Shown one piece after another: positions 13,201 through 25,552 of a DNA stretch of 64,000 bases. The stretch is from Bugula neritina (Eukaryota > Animalia > Bryozoa), in assembly GCA_964035545.1 (NCBI GenBank), contig OZ037765.1, positions 9,248,698-9,312,697 on the forward strand, read 5' to 3'. The number at the start of each line of letters is the position of its first letter. The stretch's first letter is position 1. The notes under the pieces were generated by a model, which saw nothing but the letters and a program-made list of their open reading frames with translations, did no database searches and had not been told where the DNA came from. The position numbers and the translations under genes are program-made.

Positions 13201-16200
13201 TGTGGAGCATGCTGTATCCCAAGAATACTAACAATTTGCAATGTGATTTGTATTATGATGCAAGCAAATGATATTATAATGGTAGGAGCTATGACTAAAC
13301 CAGTCACTGAACAAGATGTAACATCCAGTATATTAAATACATAGTAAGATCACGATATGGGATTTAATATAAATAACAACTATGTACTATATATAATGTT
13401 AGAACTATGATTATAGTGTAGCACCATTTACATCTCCCAGCATGGAGGCCCAGTTACGCAGTTACCTAAGTCTAATAACTTTGTTTATTTGTTTATCCTC
13501 ATGGCACCCCTACACTGTGTATAATTGATAGTTGTAAACACGTATTTAAATGCATGGCGCTGCTATTAGAATTAACTTTAACACGGGTGGGTGTATAGTC
13601 TACCAAACCTTTATATCAAGATTTTACTACCAAAGTCTCATTTCCATCCTGACAGTAGATGCCATGCAGTGTGTGTACAAACACTAGTAGTTAGTCTGCA
13701 CTATCTTTTACTGATCTGTCTGTCACATCACAGTGGCGCAGCTGAAGTTCATGAAATATAATGAAACACGTCAAGTGGAACAAAAGCTTTTACCAGCATG
13801 GCTTGTGTTTACCTCTGTTGGTGGGTTGACTGGTGCACCATTATGCTTTACTTATTTTCTGTTAACTTCAGCTAGTAAGTTGCTTTTTACACCTGTATCA
13901 AACAGAACCCACCTGCTGCCGCTGATGTACACGATGCTGACCCTTCAGGGGATGATAGTGAGGAGGAGTTACCCCCACCACCTCCTGAACTTTCAGCTTT
14001 AGATGCTGCTGTTAATGTAGGTCTGCCGGGCTGTCTACTTAGCTTGTGTGTGTCTAAATGCTCTCTCTCTCCATGTAATGATAAATTAGCTAAGTGTGTT
14101 GCTGCTTTGATCCAATGCTAACCCACCTCCTTGCTCCTGTGTTAACATTTGTTTAGGCTTTACGAGCAATGTTAGAATAGCGAATTATTGTTATCTGATA
14201 AATTATATGAAGATTAGGTTATAATTCTTTTTTAAATATCTCAGTTATCAGTAACTAATCTATCAGCTAAAATTCTTCTATTCTAACATTGCTTGGGCTG
14301 ATGCTTGATTGTTTAGTTAAACTGCTAGACTTTTTGTTTCAAATTTCATTCTTTCTATACAGTTTGCTGTTTATGAATTCTCATGTGTTGTAAATTTAGT
14401 TTGTAATCATTATCTTAGTCTGCTAGTGCTGATGACCCCTCTCAATCAAATACTTCTTCCACCCCTGAGACTGAAGCACCCCAAACTGAGCTTGAGCCTG
14501 AGGAACCTGTCTCAGCTGAGGCTGAGCCTGAGGAACCTGTCTCAGCTGAGGCTGCAGAAGAGGCCCCTTCTCCGGCAAAGGTAATATGCTCTTTGATTGG
14601 CTGCTAAATCAATACTTTCTTGTGTTATTCACCCTCAATAGCCAAGAAGAAAGTGATTCCCTCATAATTCGATTTAGCATAGTGAGTGGCTAAACTGTTA
14701 CATGAGTAAGGTATTAGCTCGATCTCTAGATTTGTTGTAAGGCTGTGTTGTACTGGTACCATTATAACTGTGCATAGTTAGTAGAACTTTTTTGCCATCT
14801 ATTAGCATAGTTATATGTACTTGGCATTGCTGTTTTCCTTAACCTTGCTACCAATTTTCTTATTCGTTGTTAATAAGATGTGCATTTTTGGGTTTATTTC
14901 TAGTGTATGGAATAAATTTTGCACAATTTTAATGCAGCTAATTTGACCATTGTTCATATGGCGTCACAGTATCAAATAAGATGTGTAGTATGGCATTATG
15001 TTTATAATGGCCTATGTATAACACTGTTGTATAATACAGTCTTACAGTTCTAGGAACACATAATGATCAGTGGACTTTCTGTATTTAGAAAGGGTGTAAA
15101 TATCTTGAAAAATAGCTGGCCATTTGGTCTGCAGTTTTAATCAAGTATAAACATGTCAGGAAAAGCTCATCCCAGCCAATGCTGGAAACACCAAGAGAAA
15201 GTAACTCTAGTGACAATATAAATTTCCACTGAAATGCCACCTCGTCTGAAATTTAGTGAAGTAGTTATGACACTGCATAATTTAGAAGCCAACATATTCT
15301 TTGGTTACAATTCTGTCAAGTTGAATTGAGTGATTTATTAGTGGAATGCTATAGAGTAGCAATTCCCAAACAATCAAAATTCAAGTGTTTTCATTGCCTG
15401 TGTTTTTCAGCAAATTCTGCCAACTTTTAAATTATTTCCACCTAATTGTGTTTACATAAATTTCAATAAAACAAATTTCTTGTGCTTTTTCATTCATTTA
15501 GAATTTATTATAAAGAGTTGTCTACTCTTCAACATTATTTAGAATAATTCATTTGTCTTAATATGCTTTTGGGAAGCTCCAACTTGTAGGATTGCTACTC
15601 ATTTTGAGAAGATTATTGTAAAGTTTATTGTTAATGTCTTCTAATGCCACTACTTAGTTTTATAACTGTTCGTAATATTTATAGAATAGTTGAGGTTAAG
15701 ATTCTATAAAATATTATGCCTTTACAGTTGTGGAATCATACGAAAAAAAATGTTATCGTCTTCATTGACAAAATCTTAGTAGGAAAACAAGTTATCATGT
15801 GTATTGTCTTATTCTAATTGGTAATACAATAGGGTAAAGCTTCCTAAACAACTTCTGATAAAACTTGTGAGAAAGCTGTAGGTTTAAGACAACTACCAGT
15901 GGATAATTCTTCATCTTGTCTATAAAGATATTTTGCCAACAATCAATAGGCTCTGCCTTTATAAGTGTTGCAAAAGATTTCAAATCAAAAAAATTTTAAA
16001 TTGCATGTTTTTGCAATAGAAGATTGGTATATTAGCATAGTGTCTGTATGTTATTATATTACTCATGTGAAGTTATCTACTCTCTGTTATAACTTGTTAC
16101 TCTGTCTTTAGGAAGAAGAGGAGGAAGAAAAGGAAGCTGAGCCTTCAGCACCAGCAACTCCACCTGAGCCGGAAGAGCCTCCAAAACCAGTTGATGCTCC

Positions 16201-16792
16201 TGCAGAGAATGGCGTTGCAGACCCTCCCAAACCAACAGTATGTTGTAATTATAACCTGTTGACTCACCAATCAGAAATGAGTATAAATCTGTAGTGTGAA
16301 GTATAAACCAACAGTTACTGGTCATGTAGTGCATTGTTGGCTAGCTGCTGTCTTCTTATTTAAATTGCAATTTTTGTTAGTTTTTTAATAAAGAAAAATA
16401 ACAGCTGTGGTCTAGGTGTTAGAGCATTTGCTTTATAAGCATGAAGTCACGGGTTTGAGCCCGACAAAGTCCATTGGTAATGTTAGGAAGAGCATCCAGT
16501 CATAACTGCTCTTGTGCCACATATGAATAAGTCCTTAGCCCAATTTAACAACAACAAAACAAACCTTCCATCGGGGGTTTTCTCACAGGGATAGTAACTA
16601 TAAACTTGCGTGAGTTGTTAGTTTTTCAATCTTGAATCTCTATATTGTGTACAGGAGACCAAGCCAGATGTGGTGCCGAAGATGACTGCTGCTCAGATGA
16701 GAGAAGCACTAGCCAAGAATAAGAAACCTGATCCACGTAAAGATAAGTCCATTGCAACTAAAGATAAACTGAAGATGTTCCAAAACCTGTAG
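10275..16792 (+). CDS. NHERF1: NHERF/EBP50/Sip1-type scaffold: one PDZ, acidic Pro-rich linker, ERM-binding tail; 318 aa; exons 10275-10647, 12796-12842, 13906-14016, 14419-14580, 16112-16237, 16655-16792
   Basis: PDZ GYGFNLHAE...IGKIDEASPAELAGLKEGDRIIEVNDVNIGNENHKQVVSRIK; C-terminus MTAAQMREALAKNKKPDPRKDKSIATKDKLKMFQNL resembles the Sip1/EBP50 ERM-binding domain; phases consistent, 957 nt. Confidence 0.88.
16400..16612 (+). mobile_element. tRNA-derived SINE in the last NHERF intron, with target-site duplication
   Basis: A/B-box-like head (tggtctaggtgttagag...gggtttgagccc); central ttaggaagagcatccagtcataa; flanked by ttgttagttttt at ~16374 and ~16615; the paralogous site (~22271) is empty. 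Confidence 0.8.
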
Positions 16793-18793
16793 GAAACACT
16801 CCTTGAGAGAGAGAGTTGTCTACTCTAATAAAGCAATAACTGTGCTGACACATATTTCCAAATTTTTGTGTAATTAAAACCGGACATGCATTAATTTGTC
16901 ATATTATATTGGCTTTTCATATATCAAGATATTTTTGGTTTGTCATTATTAGAATTGTCTTTTCTTTGTTTCCACTTTTCATAATGTAATTTTTGATGGC
17001 AATCAGATTTTAAACAAAATTGCTTTGATGTTAGTTTCATACATTTAGCATCTATACAAGATTTTATATATGTAAAACTAACATTAGATGTTTCAATTTC
17101 ATCCTCTTCAAAGATATTACTGATTGCACTCTGTTACTGCGCTATTTATTATACTGTCACTGGTTTTGAATGGAATTTAATAGTAATCATTTTGATATTC
17201 TAGAATTAGCATTTGTATCAGCAATTATGGGAAACTGTTCTGTTTCAGTCATCGTAATTCATATTTTTTGAAATTTGACTATAAGACTATTGATTGTTTA
17301 TAATTTATAGTGTGGCAATTCTTATATTACTTTTTGGTGATTTAAGAAATAAATTATGATTGTTACTTATCACCAACTATATAAGCTCAGTTTTCTACAT
17401 AACTCGAACTAAGTGAGTTGTTGAAATGCAGCATAATTATATATTGGGGTTGAGTTAGCTTAAGTCAGCTTACAATAATAAGAACTTCATTCCTATTGAA
17501 AAAGAAAGCATTTTGAATAACAAAATGTATAAGTTTTGTCTATGGAAGTAGTGGTTAAAGTTAACATTATTGCTTGGCTTGTTGCTCCAAGTTTAAAAGT
17601 TAGATTCAACAGCAATCTTCAAATTTTGGTAATGCTTTGGTTTAGTAGAACGAAATAATGTCCAAGTCTTGCACTATTTGATTGCAGCTCTTATGCAAAA
17701 ATATAAAAGTGAGTTATTGCTATCCTAAAAACAATTGAGATATTAATGTCTGAAGAATTTTTGTGTTTTATAATGGCAAGGATTGTAAAAGCTTCCCGAC
17801 CCACCAGAAATTCAGTCGCAGTCTGCCGACTTGCAAGCTAGCATACTAACCGTTACATTATGGAGGCTACTCGGAAATCATAACACTACAGCTATCCTAA
17901 CTCAATAACATGAATTTGAAAATTTAGTTTAAAAAATTAGCTAGCACGTGTGGTTTTTGAAAACTGCCATTTCTATTATTGCACAAACAGATATATAACT
18001 TGTCCCATTTTTGTTTAACTATTTGAAACTCACTAATTTAGTGTGTTTAATTTGCACAAATAATCTCAATTGACAGCCATTGACAGCTTTTATCAGATTA
18101 GCAATCCCAGAAACCCTGCAAGGCGTAGCAACTCTTTGTCATTACTATACTTTTAAATCACAACATTTTTTAGAATAACATAATATATTATAATTATAGA
18201 GTAATTCAATGCTCAACATTGTTATACATGTATCTTATGCAAATTTATATTAGGCACATATATATGTGAAACAGACATGAGAGGTCAGTCTTTAGGGATA
18301 TTTATATACTGCAAAATACTGTATATATAATCAGATATTGAGAGAAAGATTTGATGAAAATAATTAGAAAGTTATAAATAATACAAAAAGCCACATCTAG
18401 TTGGGTTATTAATCATTTCATGATGCATATATTATTATTATTGGAGAATATTATTGGTGACTTCAATTAGCATCAGCTGGTGTTATTAGTCACAGTTTTA
18501 GACATTAAAAGGATCAAGCTTCCTTTTACTTAATGCAATATTCAAAAAGTGTAAAACTTTTTCAGCTGCAGTTAGCATTACGCAAGTTATGACTCTAGTA
18601 ACATTACAACATCCAGAGTATCAAAGCCTTAGAGTATTAATTTAAGCAACCCATGTTACTAGATACAAAGCTAATATAACTAAGTACAAATAAGATTGAA
18701 AGCTATGACAAATAGAAAAACAATATATATTAGGAGGGAAATGTTACCCATAATATTTAGAGCTGGTGGAGAATAGTTGAAGCAACATAAATA

Positions 18794-19391
18794 ATGGCAG
18801 CAGTTAAATATCTTTTTATGCTGACAGCTTTGTGCTGGTACTGTTGTACCCTAATAGAAGCAGAGTTCACAGAAAGTTGCCTGCTGAAATGTGCTCTCGG
18901 AATTGACAGAAACGATATGCAAAGCTCATGGGAAAAAGAACTTTGCGATGCATTCTGTAGAAATCTGTCTGAAGCTGGTGAGTTTCAATCGAGTTACACG
19001 TTCGAAAGTAATGACTTCTAGAAATACAGACAGCTGTTTGTCAATTGAATTATAGCTCACTAATTGTGCAGTATTAACTTATGTCAACTTTTTAGTAATA
19101 ATAATTACTAGCTCATAATTAATACAGCTTATAAAATTTTCAAAATGAATTTAAAATATGAAATGTATATTTTACATAAACATGTTAACTGACCTGTTAA
19201 TATGAACAATTTATTTGTGTAAATAATGGTAAAATTTATGTGTTTTTTAGTATAGCAACATTTTTCTTACATTTTAAGTAACTATAATCACATTATTATT
19301 TTTAACTACAGTGGAGAAACAACGGGCAAAGTACAAATTGAGATCCGAACAAGGAAAAGACAAGTATCTGCCTTTTGGATTTAAACGTTAA
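18794..19391 (+). CDS. Secreted Cys-rich peptide precursor, paralog A (97 aa; exons 18794-19007, 19312-19391; alternative donor after 18977 gives 87 aa)
   Basis: Signal peptide MAAVKYLFMLTALCWYCCTLIEA; CxxxC-x17-CxxxC; phase-1 intron to EKQRAKYKLRSEQGKDKYLPFGFKR*; aataaa at ~19486; paralog at 24795. Confidence 0.8.
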
Positions 19392-19702
19392 TCCCTAATT
19401 TATGCTATGCATTTCTCCATTGAGAACATACATTTATGTACAATTGTCTAATCATTGTAATGTCCAGTATTTTGCTCTTGTGTACAATAAAACTTTAATT
19501 TGTCTGCAAGGAATAATTGAAATCCCAAATCTATAAGCTTAATTTCTTCAAGTTGAGTTTTTAAACCATTTATGACACCAATAAACTTAATTACAGTTTA
19601 CAAGTTAATTTAGTCGGTTATTTGAATGCCAGGAAGAAAATTTGCCACAGATTCAATTTAATAATTCTAAGAGAAAGAATTGAACAGTTTTCAGTTGTGG
19701 TG

Positions 19703-19997
19703 ATGTGGCCCCAGACTACATTTATGTGGTCCTCGAAGATATAAAAATAAATTTGTTGCACACGTATAAATTAGACTGGAAAAACCACCTTTTAAATGTC
19801 TTATTTTTATATATGCTAAAAGTAACATATAACCTGCAGTAATTATTGGGATTTTATTGTGTAATGATCCATAAAATAAAGTAACTTAAAAATTACATAT
19901 GCTGTAGCCCCCAGTCCGAGCTAAATGTTATAATGTGGCCCTCGCCATCAAATATTCCATTTCAGTAGTTCTCTCTCTGAAAAGGTTGGACACCCCT
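19703..19997. mobile_element. Truncated hAT element related to 6622-8336, at the duplication junction
   Basis: Ends in tctgaaaaggttggacacccctg, identical to the right end of the 6622-8336 element; tgtggccc subterminal motifs; left TIR missing. Confidence 0.8.
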
Positions 19998-20551
19998 GGG
20001 ATAAAGGCTTGATAAACATAATAAATTTATTCATTCAATTTCACTTTGACAATAACCTACTTTTAATTTGGTTGCATTATAATGGATGATAGGAACAGCT
20101 GATAATCTATTTCAAGTGATGCTATTGTGTGGAGCATGTTGCATGCCAGGAATACAAACAGTTTATTATGTGATTTGTATTATGATGCAAGCAAGTGATA
20201 TTATAATGGTAGGAGCGATGACTAAACCAGTCATTGAACAAGATGTAATATCCAGATATTGTGATGAAGTATTAAGTACACAATAAGATCATGATTTAAG
20301 ATAATATAAATAACAATTGTGACTACATGTATATATAACGCTAAAACTATGATTATAGCATATAGCATCATTTACATCTACCAGCAGTGAGGCCCAATAA
20401 ATATAATAACATACTACACTTGTCAAACAGCTTTTACCAGCCTGGCTTGTGTTTACCTCTGTTGGTGGGTTGACTGGTGCACCACTATATGCTTTACTTA
20501 TTTTTTGGTAACTTCAGCTAGTAAGTTGCTTTTTACATCTGTATCAAACAG

Positions 20552-22448
20552 AACCCACCTGCTGCCCCTGATGTACACGATGCAGGTGATGATAGTGAGA
20601 AGGAATTGCCCCCACCACCTCCAGAACTTTCAGCTTTAGATGCTGCTGTTAATGTAGGTCTGCCGGGCTGTCTACTTGGCCTGTGTGTGTTTAAATGCTC
20701 TCTCTCCATATAATGATAATTAGCCAAGTGTGTTGCTGCTTTGATTCAATGCTAACCCACATCCTTGCTCCTGTTTTAACATTTGTTTAGACTTTACCAG
20801 CAATGTTAGAATAGAGAATTATTGTTATATCTGGTTATATGAAGATTAAGTTATAATTCTCTTTTAAATATCTCAGTTACCTATCAGTTACCTATCAGCT
20901 AAAATTCTTCCTTTATAACATTGCTTGGGCCGATGCTTCATTGTTTAGTCAAACTATTAGACTTTTTGTTTTAGATTTCATTCTTTTTATACAGTTTGCT
21001 GTTGATGAATTCTCATGTGTTGAAAATTTAGTTTGTAATCATTATCTTAGTCTGCTAGTGCTGATGACCCCTCTCAATCAAATACTTCTTCCACCCCTGA
21101 GACTGAAGCACCCTAAACTGAAATTAGCGAGGCTGAGCCTGAGGAACCTGTCTCAGCTGAGGCTGCAGAAGAGGCCCCTCCTCCGGCAAAGGTAATATGC
21201 TCTTTGATTGGCTGCTAAATCAATACTTAGTAGGAAAACAAATTATCATGCGTATTTTGCTATTCTAATTGGTAATACAATAGGGTAAAGTTTCCTCAAC
21301 AACTTTTGATGAAGTTTGAGAGAGCTGTAGGTTTAAGACAATTACCAGTGGATAATCCTTCATCTTGTCTATAAAGATATTTTGCCAACAACCAATAGGC
21401 TCTGCCTTTATAAGTGTTTATTTCGTTGCAAATGATTTTAAGTCAAAAGTTTATTAAATTGAATATTTTTGCAGTAGAAGATTGACATATTAGCATGAGC
21501 CCCAAAACCAGTAGATGCTCCTGCAGAGAATGGCATTGCCGACCTTCCCCAACCAACAGTATGTTGTAATTATAACCTGCGGCTACGATGTCATTGAATT
21601 GTCAATCAGAACTGAGTATAAATCTGTAGTGTGAGGTATGAACCAGCAGATACTGGTCAGGTGTCATCCTACTTAGACGGTTCCCACATGGGCGCTTCCC
21701 ACTTAGACGATATTTATAGGTTTTAGTGTGATGTATGTATTTTATGCTATTATTTAGCACATAATAGAAAGCAAAGAAGCCATCAGCAAGCCACTTACAG
21801 TAACAATGCTTTTATAAGAAGCCATCTTGCACAAACCTTAAACTTAAAAGTAAAAGATAGACAAAATATAATGGGAAAGAAATATCAAATATGTTTATTA
21901 AGTAGTATATTAAAAAAGATTTCAGACAAAAATGGCACAATAAAGTTGCAATATAGCAGTATGTGATATGCATAAAATGGATTTGTGCATTTTATTTTGT
22001 TATTCTGAATAAAATAAACTGTAGCTAAATTAGCATTGGGTTAAAGCAAATGGCTGGCTTGGTAGCTTATTTCATGTTTATATAGCAGTAAATGCAACAG
22101 TTACATAATTATGTATATTACTATATATATTGTACTAAAATAAAAAAAATCGTCCGAGTGGAAAACGTTCAAGTGGGAAACGTCCAAGTGGGATGAAACC
22201 ACTGGTCATCTAGTGCATTGTCAGTTAGCTGCTGTTTTCTTATTTACCTTTTTTAAAAAAATTGCAATTGTTGTTAGTTTTATAATCTTGAATCTCTAAA
22301 TTGTGTACAGGAGACCAAGCCAGATGTGGTGCCGAAGATGACTGCTGCTCAGATGAGAGAAGCACTAGCCAAGAATAAGAAACCTGATCCTCGTAAAGAT
22401 AAGTCCATTGCAACTAAAGATAAACTGAAGATGTTCCAAAACCTGTAG
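20552..22448 (+). pseudogene. Partial duplicate of NHERF exons 3-6 (no PDZ exon)
   Basis: Exon 3' has a 9-nt deletion; exon 4' has CAA>TAA at ~21114; exon 5' has lost its acceptor and 5' half; exon 6' (22311-22448) is intact. Confidence 0.85.
21660..22200. mobile_element. Non-autonomous TIR element (541 bp, GG termini, 8-bp TSD; superfamily uncertain, Merlin/MULE-like)
   Basis: TIR ggtgtcatcctacttagacg vs reverse complement ggtttcatcccacttggacg; tandem subterminal cccactt(a/g)gacg units; TSD actggtca at 21652-21659 and 22201-22208; empty site at ~16317. Confidence 0.88.
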
Positions 22449-23059
22449 GAAACACTCCTTGAGAGAGAGAGTTGTCTACTCTGATAAAGCAATAACTGTG
22501 CTGACACATATTTCTAAATTTGTGTGTGATTACATTATTTTGTCATATTATATTGGCTTTTCATATATATCAAGATATTTCTTGGTTTGTCATTATTAGA
22601 ATTGTCTTTTCTTTGTTTCCATTTTCATAATGTAATTTTTGATGCAATCAGATTTTAAACAAAATTGCTTTGATGTTAGTTTCATACATTTAGCATCTAT
22701 ACAAAATTTTATATATGTAAAACTAACATTAGATGTTTCAACTTTATTCTCTTCAAAGATATTACTGATTGCACTCTGTTACTGCGCTATTTATTATACG
22801 GTCACTGGTTTTGAATGGAATTTAAAAGTAATCATTTTGATATTCTAGAATTAGCATTTGTATCGGCAATTATGGGAAACTGTTCTGTTTCAATCATCGT
22901 AATTCATATTTTTTCGGCTATAAGACTATTGATTGTTTATAATTTATAGTGTGACAATTCTTATATTACTTTATGGTGATTTAAGAAATAAATTATGATT
23001 TTTACTTATCACCAACTATATAAGCTCAGTTTTCTAAATGCATATTTCGATATAACTCG

Positions 23060-23705
23060 GACTATAAGACACCGAGACCCCTTTTCCCCATTCCTACCAT
23101 AAAAAGAATTGTATCCAGAAATAAACATAATGACAGCCTGCTGCTACTATGAACACTAAGTCAAGTCCCAAGACCTCTCGGAGAGAGTAGTTGTTGGACC
23201 CTCAGATCTATCCAGGCTCAGAAATCCACTACTATCTCCCCCCCCCGTACAGAGCTCCTGGACAGTGCGCAACAGGAAACCCTGCAGGTACAGGCTCCAA
23301 TCGCAGGCGATAGCATTGAAGATGTTAATACGGGTATTCATGTTATGGGTTGAGGATTTCATAGATTTAAGTGTGTTATTTAAGATTGGAAATAAATCAT
23401 CATTAGCAGTAATACAACACAACAAAGAAATTCTCTGTGACTGTCTGCCCTTTCTTAATGTTTCTAGGCCTAGGTCAAATTTGGCATCTGTTACCGATAC
23501 TTCTCTATCTTTTAAATTTTTAATGAACCGCACAGCCCTATTTTGAGTAACTTCTAATTTTGTTATTAGATGTTTATTGCACGGGTCCCATACTTAGCAG
23601 CATATTCCAAGAAAGGTCTACAAAAAGTTTTATATGCAAGAATTTTAACATTTTCTGAGGCATTTCCTAGTGTGAGCTTGATTAAACCTAATACTCTGTA
23701 TGCCA
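23060..23705 (-). mobile_element. 3' fragment of a non-LTR retrotransposon (CR1/L2/Jockey-group-like), degenerate
   Basis: Minus-strand translation contains YKTFCRPFLEYAAK.WDP and LEVTQNRAVRFI, typical of post-RT LINE ORF2; frameshifted; absent from duplicate unit A. Confidence 0.75.
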
Positions 23706-24794
23706 GATATTTATGTTTAGAAAATTTTTGCCCCTGACAGCCGAATCCAATAGCAGTCCTCAGACTAGCAATCTAGCATAGGCCTACTAACCATATAGCA
23801 ACACCACAGCTATGCTAACTCAATAACATGAATTTGAAACTTTAACCTTGAAAAGGTTAGCTGACGCATGTGGTTTTCAAACTGCCATTTCTAATATTGT
23901 GCATGTCCCATTTTTGTTCAACGGTTTAAAGAGAAATTAATCTGTCAGCCATTGATTTAGTGTATTTTACATAAATAAATTCAATTAACAGTCATTGACA
24001 GCTTCTACCAGATTCGCAATCTTAACTACCTTGCAAGAAAGCAGCATAATATATAAAATATATTATATAGAATATTATTTATTAGAATTATTAATCAATT
24101 TAATGCAGTAATTAATCAAAATTGTAATATCTTATACAATTTTATATTTTGCATGTTTAACTGAATTTGCTAACTTTACCAACTTATCGTAACGTACAGA
24201 AGAAGTATATTTAATAGTTGCTAGACTGGTTGCTTAAAACAAATGCAAAAGGTCAGGCTTTAGAGCTATTTATATATCTACTATAAAATACTATACATAA
24301 TATTATTAAATTATGTGAAAGATTTGCTGAGAATAATTGGAAAGTTATAAATAACACAAGTGCAATATCAGAAGCCACATCTAGTTGGGTTATTAATTAT
24401 TCCATTATGCATATATTATTAGTATTGGAGAATATTATTGGTATCTTCAATTAGCAGCAGCAGCTGGTGTTATTGGTCACAGTTGTAGACAGTAAAAGGA
24501 TCAAGCTTCCTTTTACTTAATGTAATATTCAGAAAATGTAAAGCCTTTTCAGCTGTTTGCATTACAGATGCTATCGATTCTAGTAACATTACGACATCCA
24601 GAGTATCAAAGCCTTAGAGTATTCATTTAAGAAACTCATATTACTTAATACAAAGTTACTATCGCTAAGTATGAATAAGATTAAAGGCTATGGCAAATAA
24701 AGAAACAATTAATGTACTTACCATATATATTTAGGTGAGAAATACTACCAATGACATTTAGAGCTGGTGGAGAATAGTTGAAGCAACATAAATA

Positions 24795-25552
24795 ATGGCA
24801 GCAGTTAAATACCTTTTTATGCTGACAGTTTTGTGCTGGTACTGTTGTACTCTAATAGAAGCAGGGGTCATAGAAAGTTGTCTGAGTAAATGTGTAGCAG
24901 AAGTTGACGAAAAAGACGTGCAAAGCTCATGGGCAAAAATATTGTGCAATGCTAGGTGCGGAAATCTGTATCCAGAAAGTGGCTTTCAACCAAGTTACAC
25001 ATTCCAAGGTAATGATTTCAGAAATACAGACAGCTGTTTGACAATTAAATACTCAACTAATTGTATAGTTTCAACTTATGTGACCTTCCTTTCAGATATT
25101 TTAGTCTAATTGTAGCTCATAATTAATACAGCTTATGAATTTATTAAATTTTTAAAATAAAGCCTAGTAAAAATTTAAAGGTATATTTTATATACAAATT
25201 TCAACTGATTTATTATCTATGAACAGTTTATTTGTGCAAACAATATAATATGATTAAATTTATGTGTTTTCTATTAAGAGCAGTTATCTTTTATTTTTTA
25301 ATTAATTATAACCACATTGCTTTAAATTATAGATTCTAAGCATAGACTTTTAAAATAAATCTTATATTTAATTACAAGCCCTACATTATTTATACTGTAG
25401 ATTCAGATGCAGCAGCAAGCAGTGGTCCAATTGACAAAAGAAAATGGACTTGGGTCTGGGATGACAGCGAAACCAAGAAGGAGAAACAAGCCTGGGAAGA
25501 TTACAAAAAGAGATACGTTGATGGAAAAAACAAGTTTCTGCATTTTGGATAA
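24795..25552 (+). CDS. Secreted Cys-rich / amidated peptide precursor, paralog B (121 aa; exons 24795-25008, 25401-25552)
   Basis: Signal peptide; CxxxC-x17-CxxxC; donor CAAG|gtaatg, acceptor ctgtag|; exon 2 DSDAAASSGPID-KR-KWTWVWDDSET-KK-EKQAWEDY-KKR-YVDGKNKFLHFG*; aataaa at ~25645. Confidence 0.85.

Noticed and set aside
17795-17870. tRNA-like sequence on the minus strand
   Set aside because: Degenerate A/B boxes and no convincing cloverleaf; at best an old SINE head, not a tRNA gene
20941-21195. 84-aa ORF
   Set aside because: Off-frame read of intron plus pseudo-exon 4' of the NHERF duplicate
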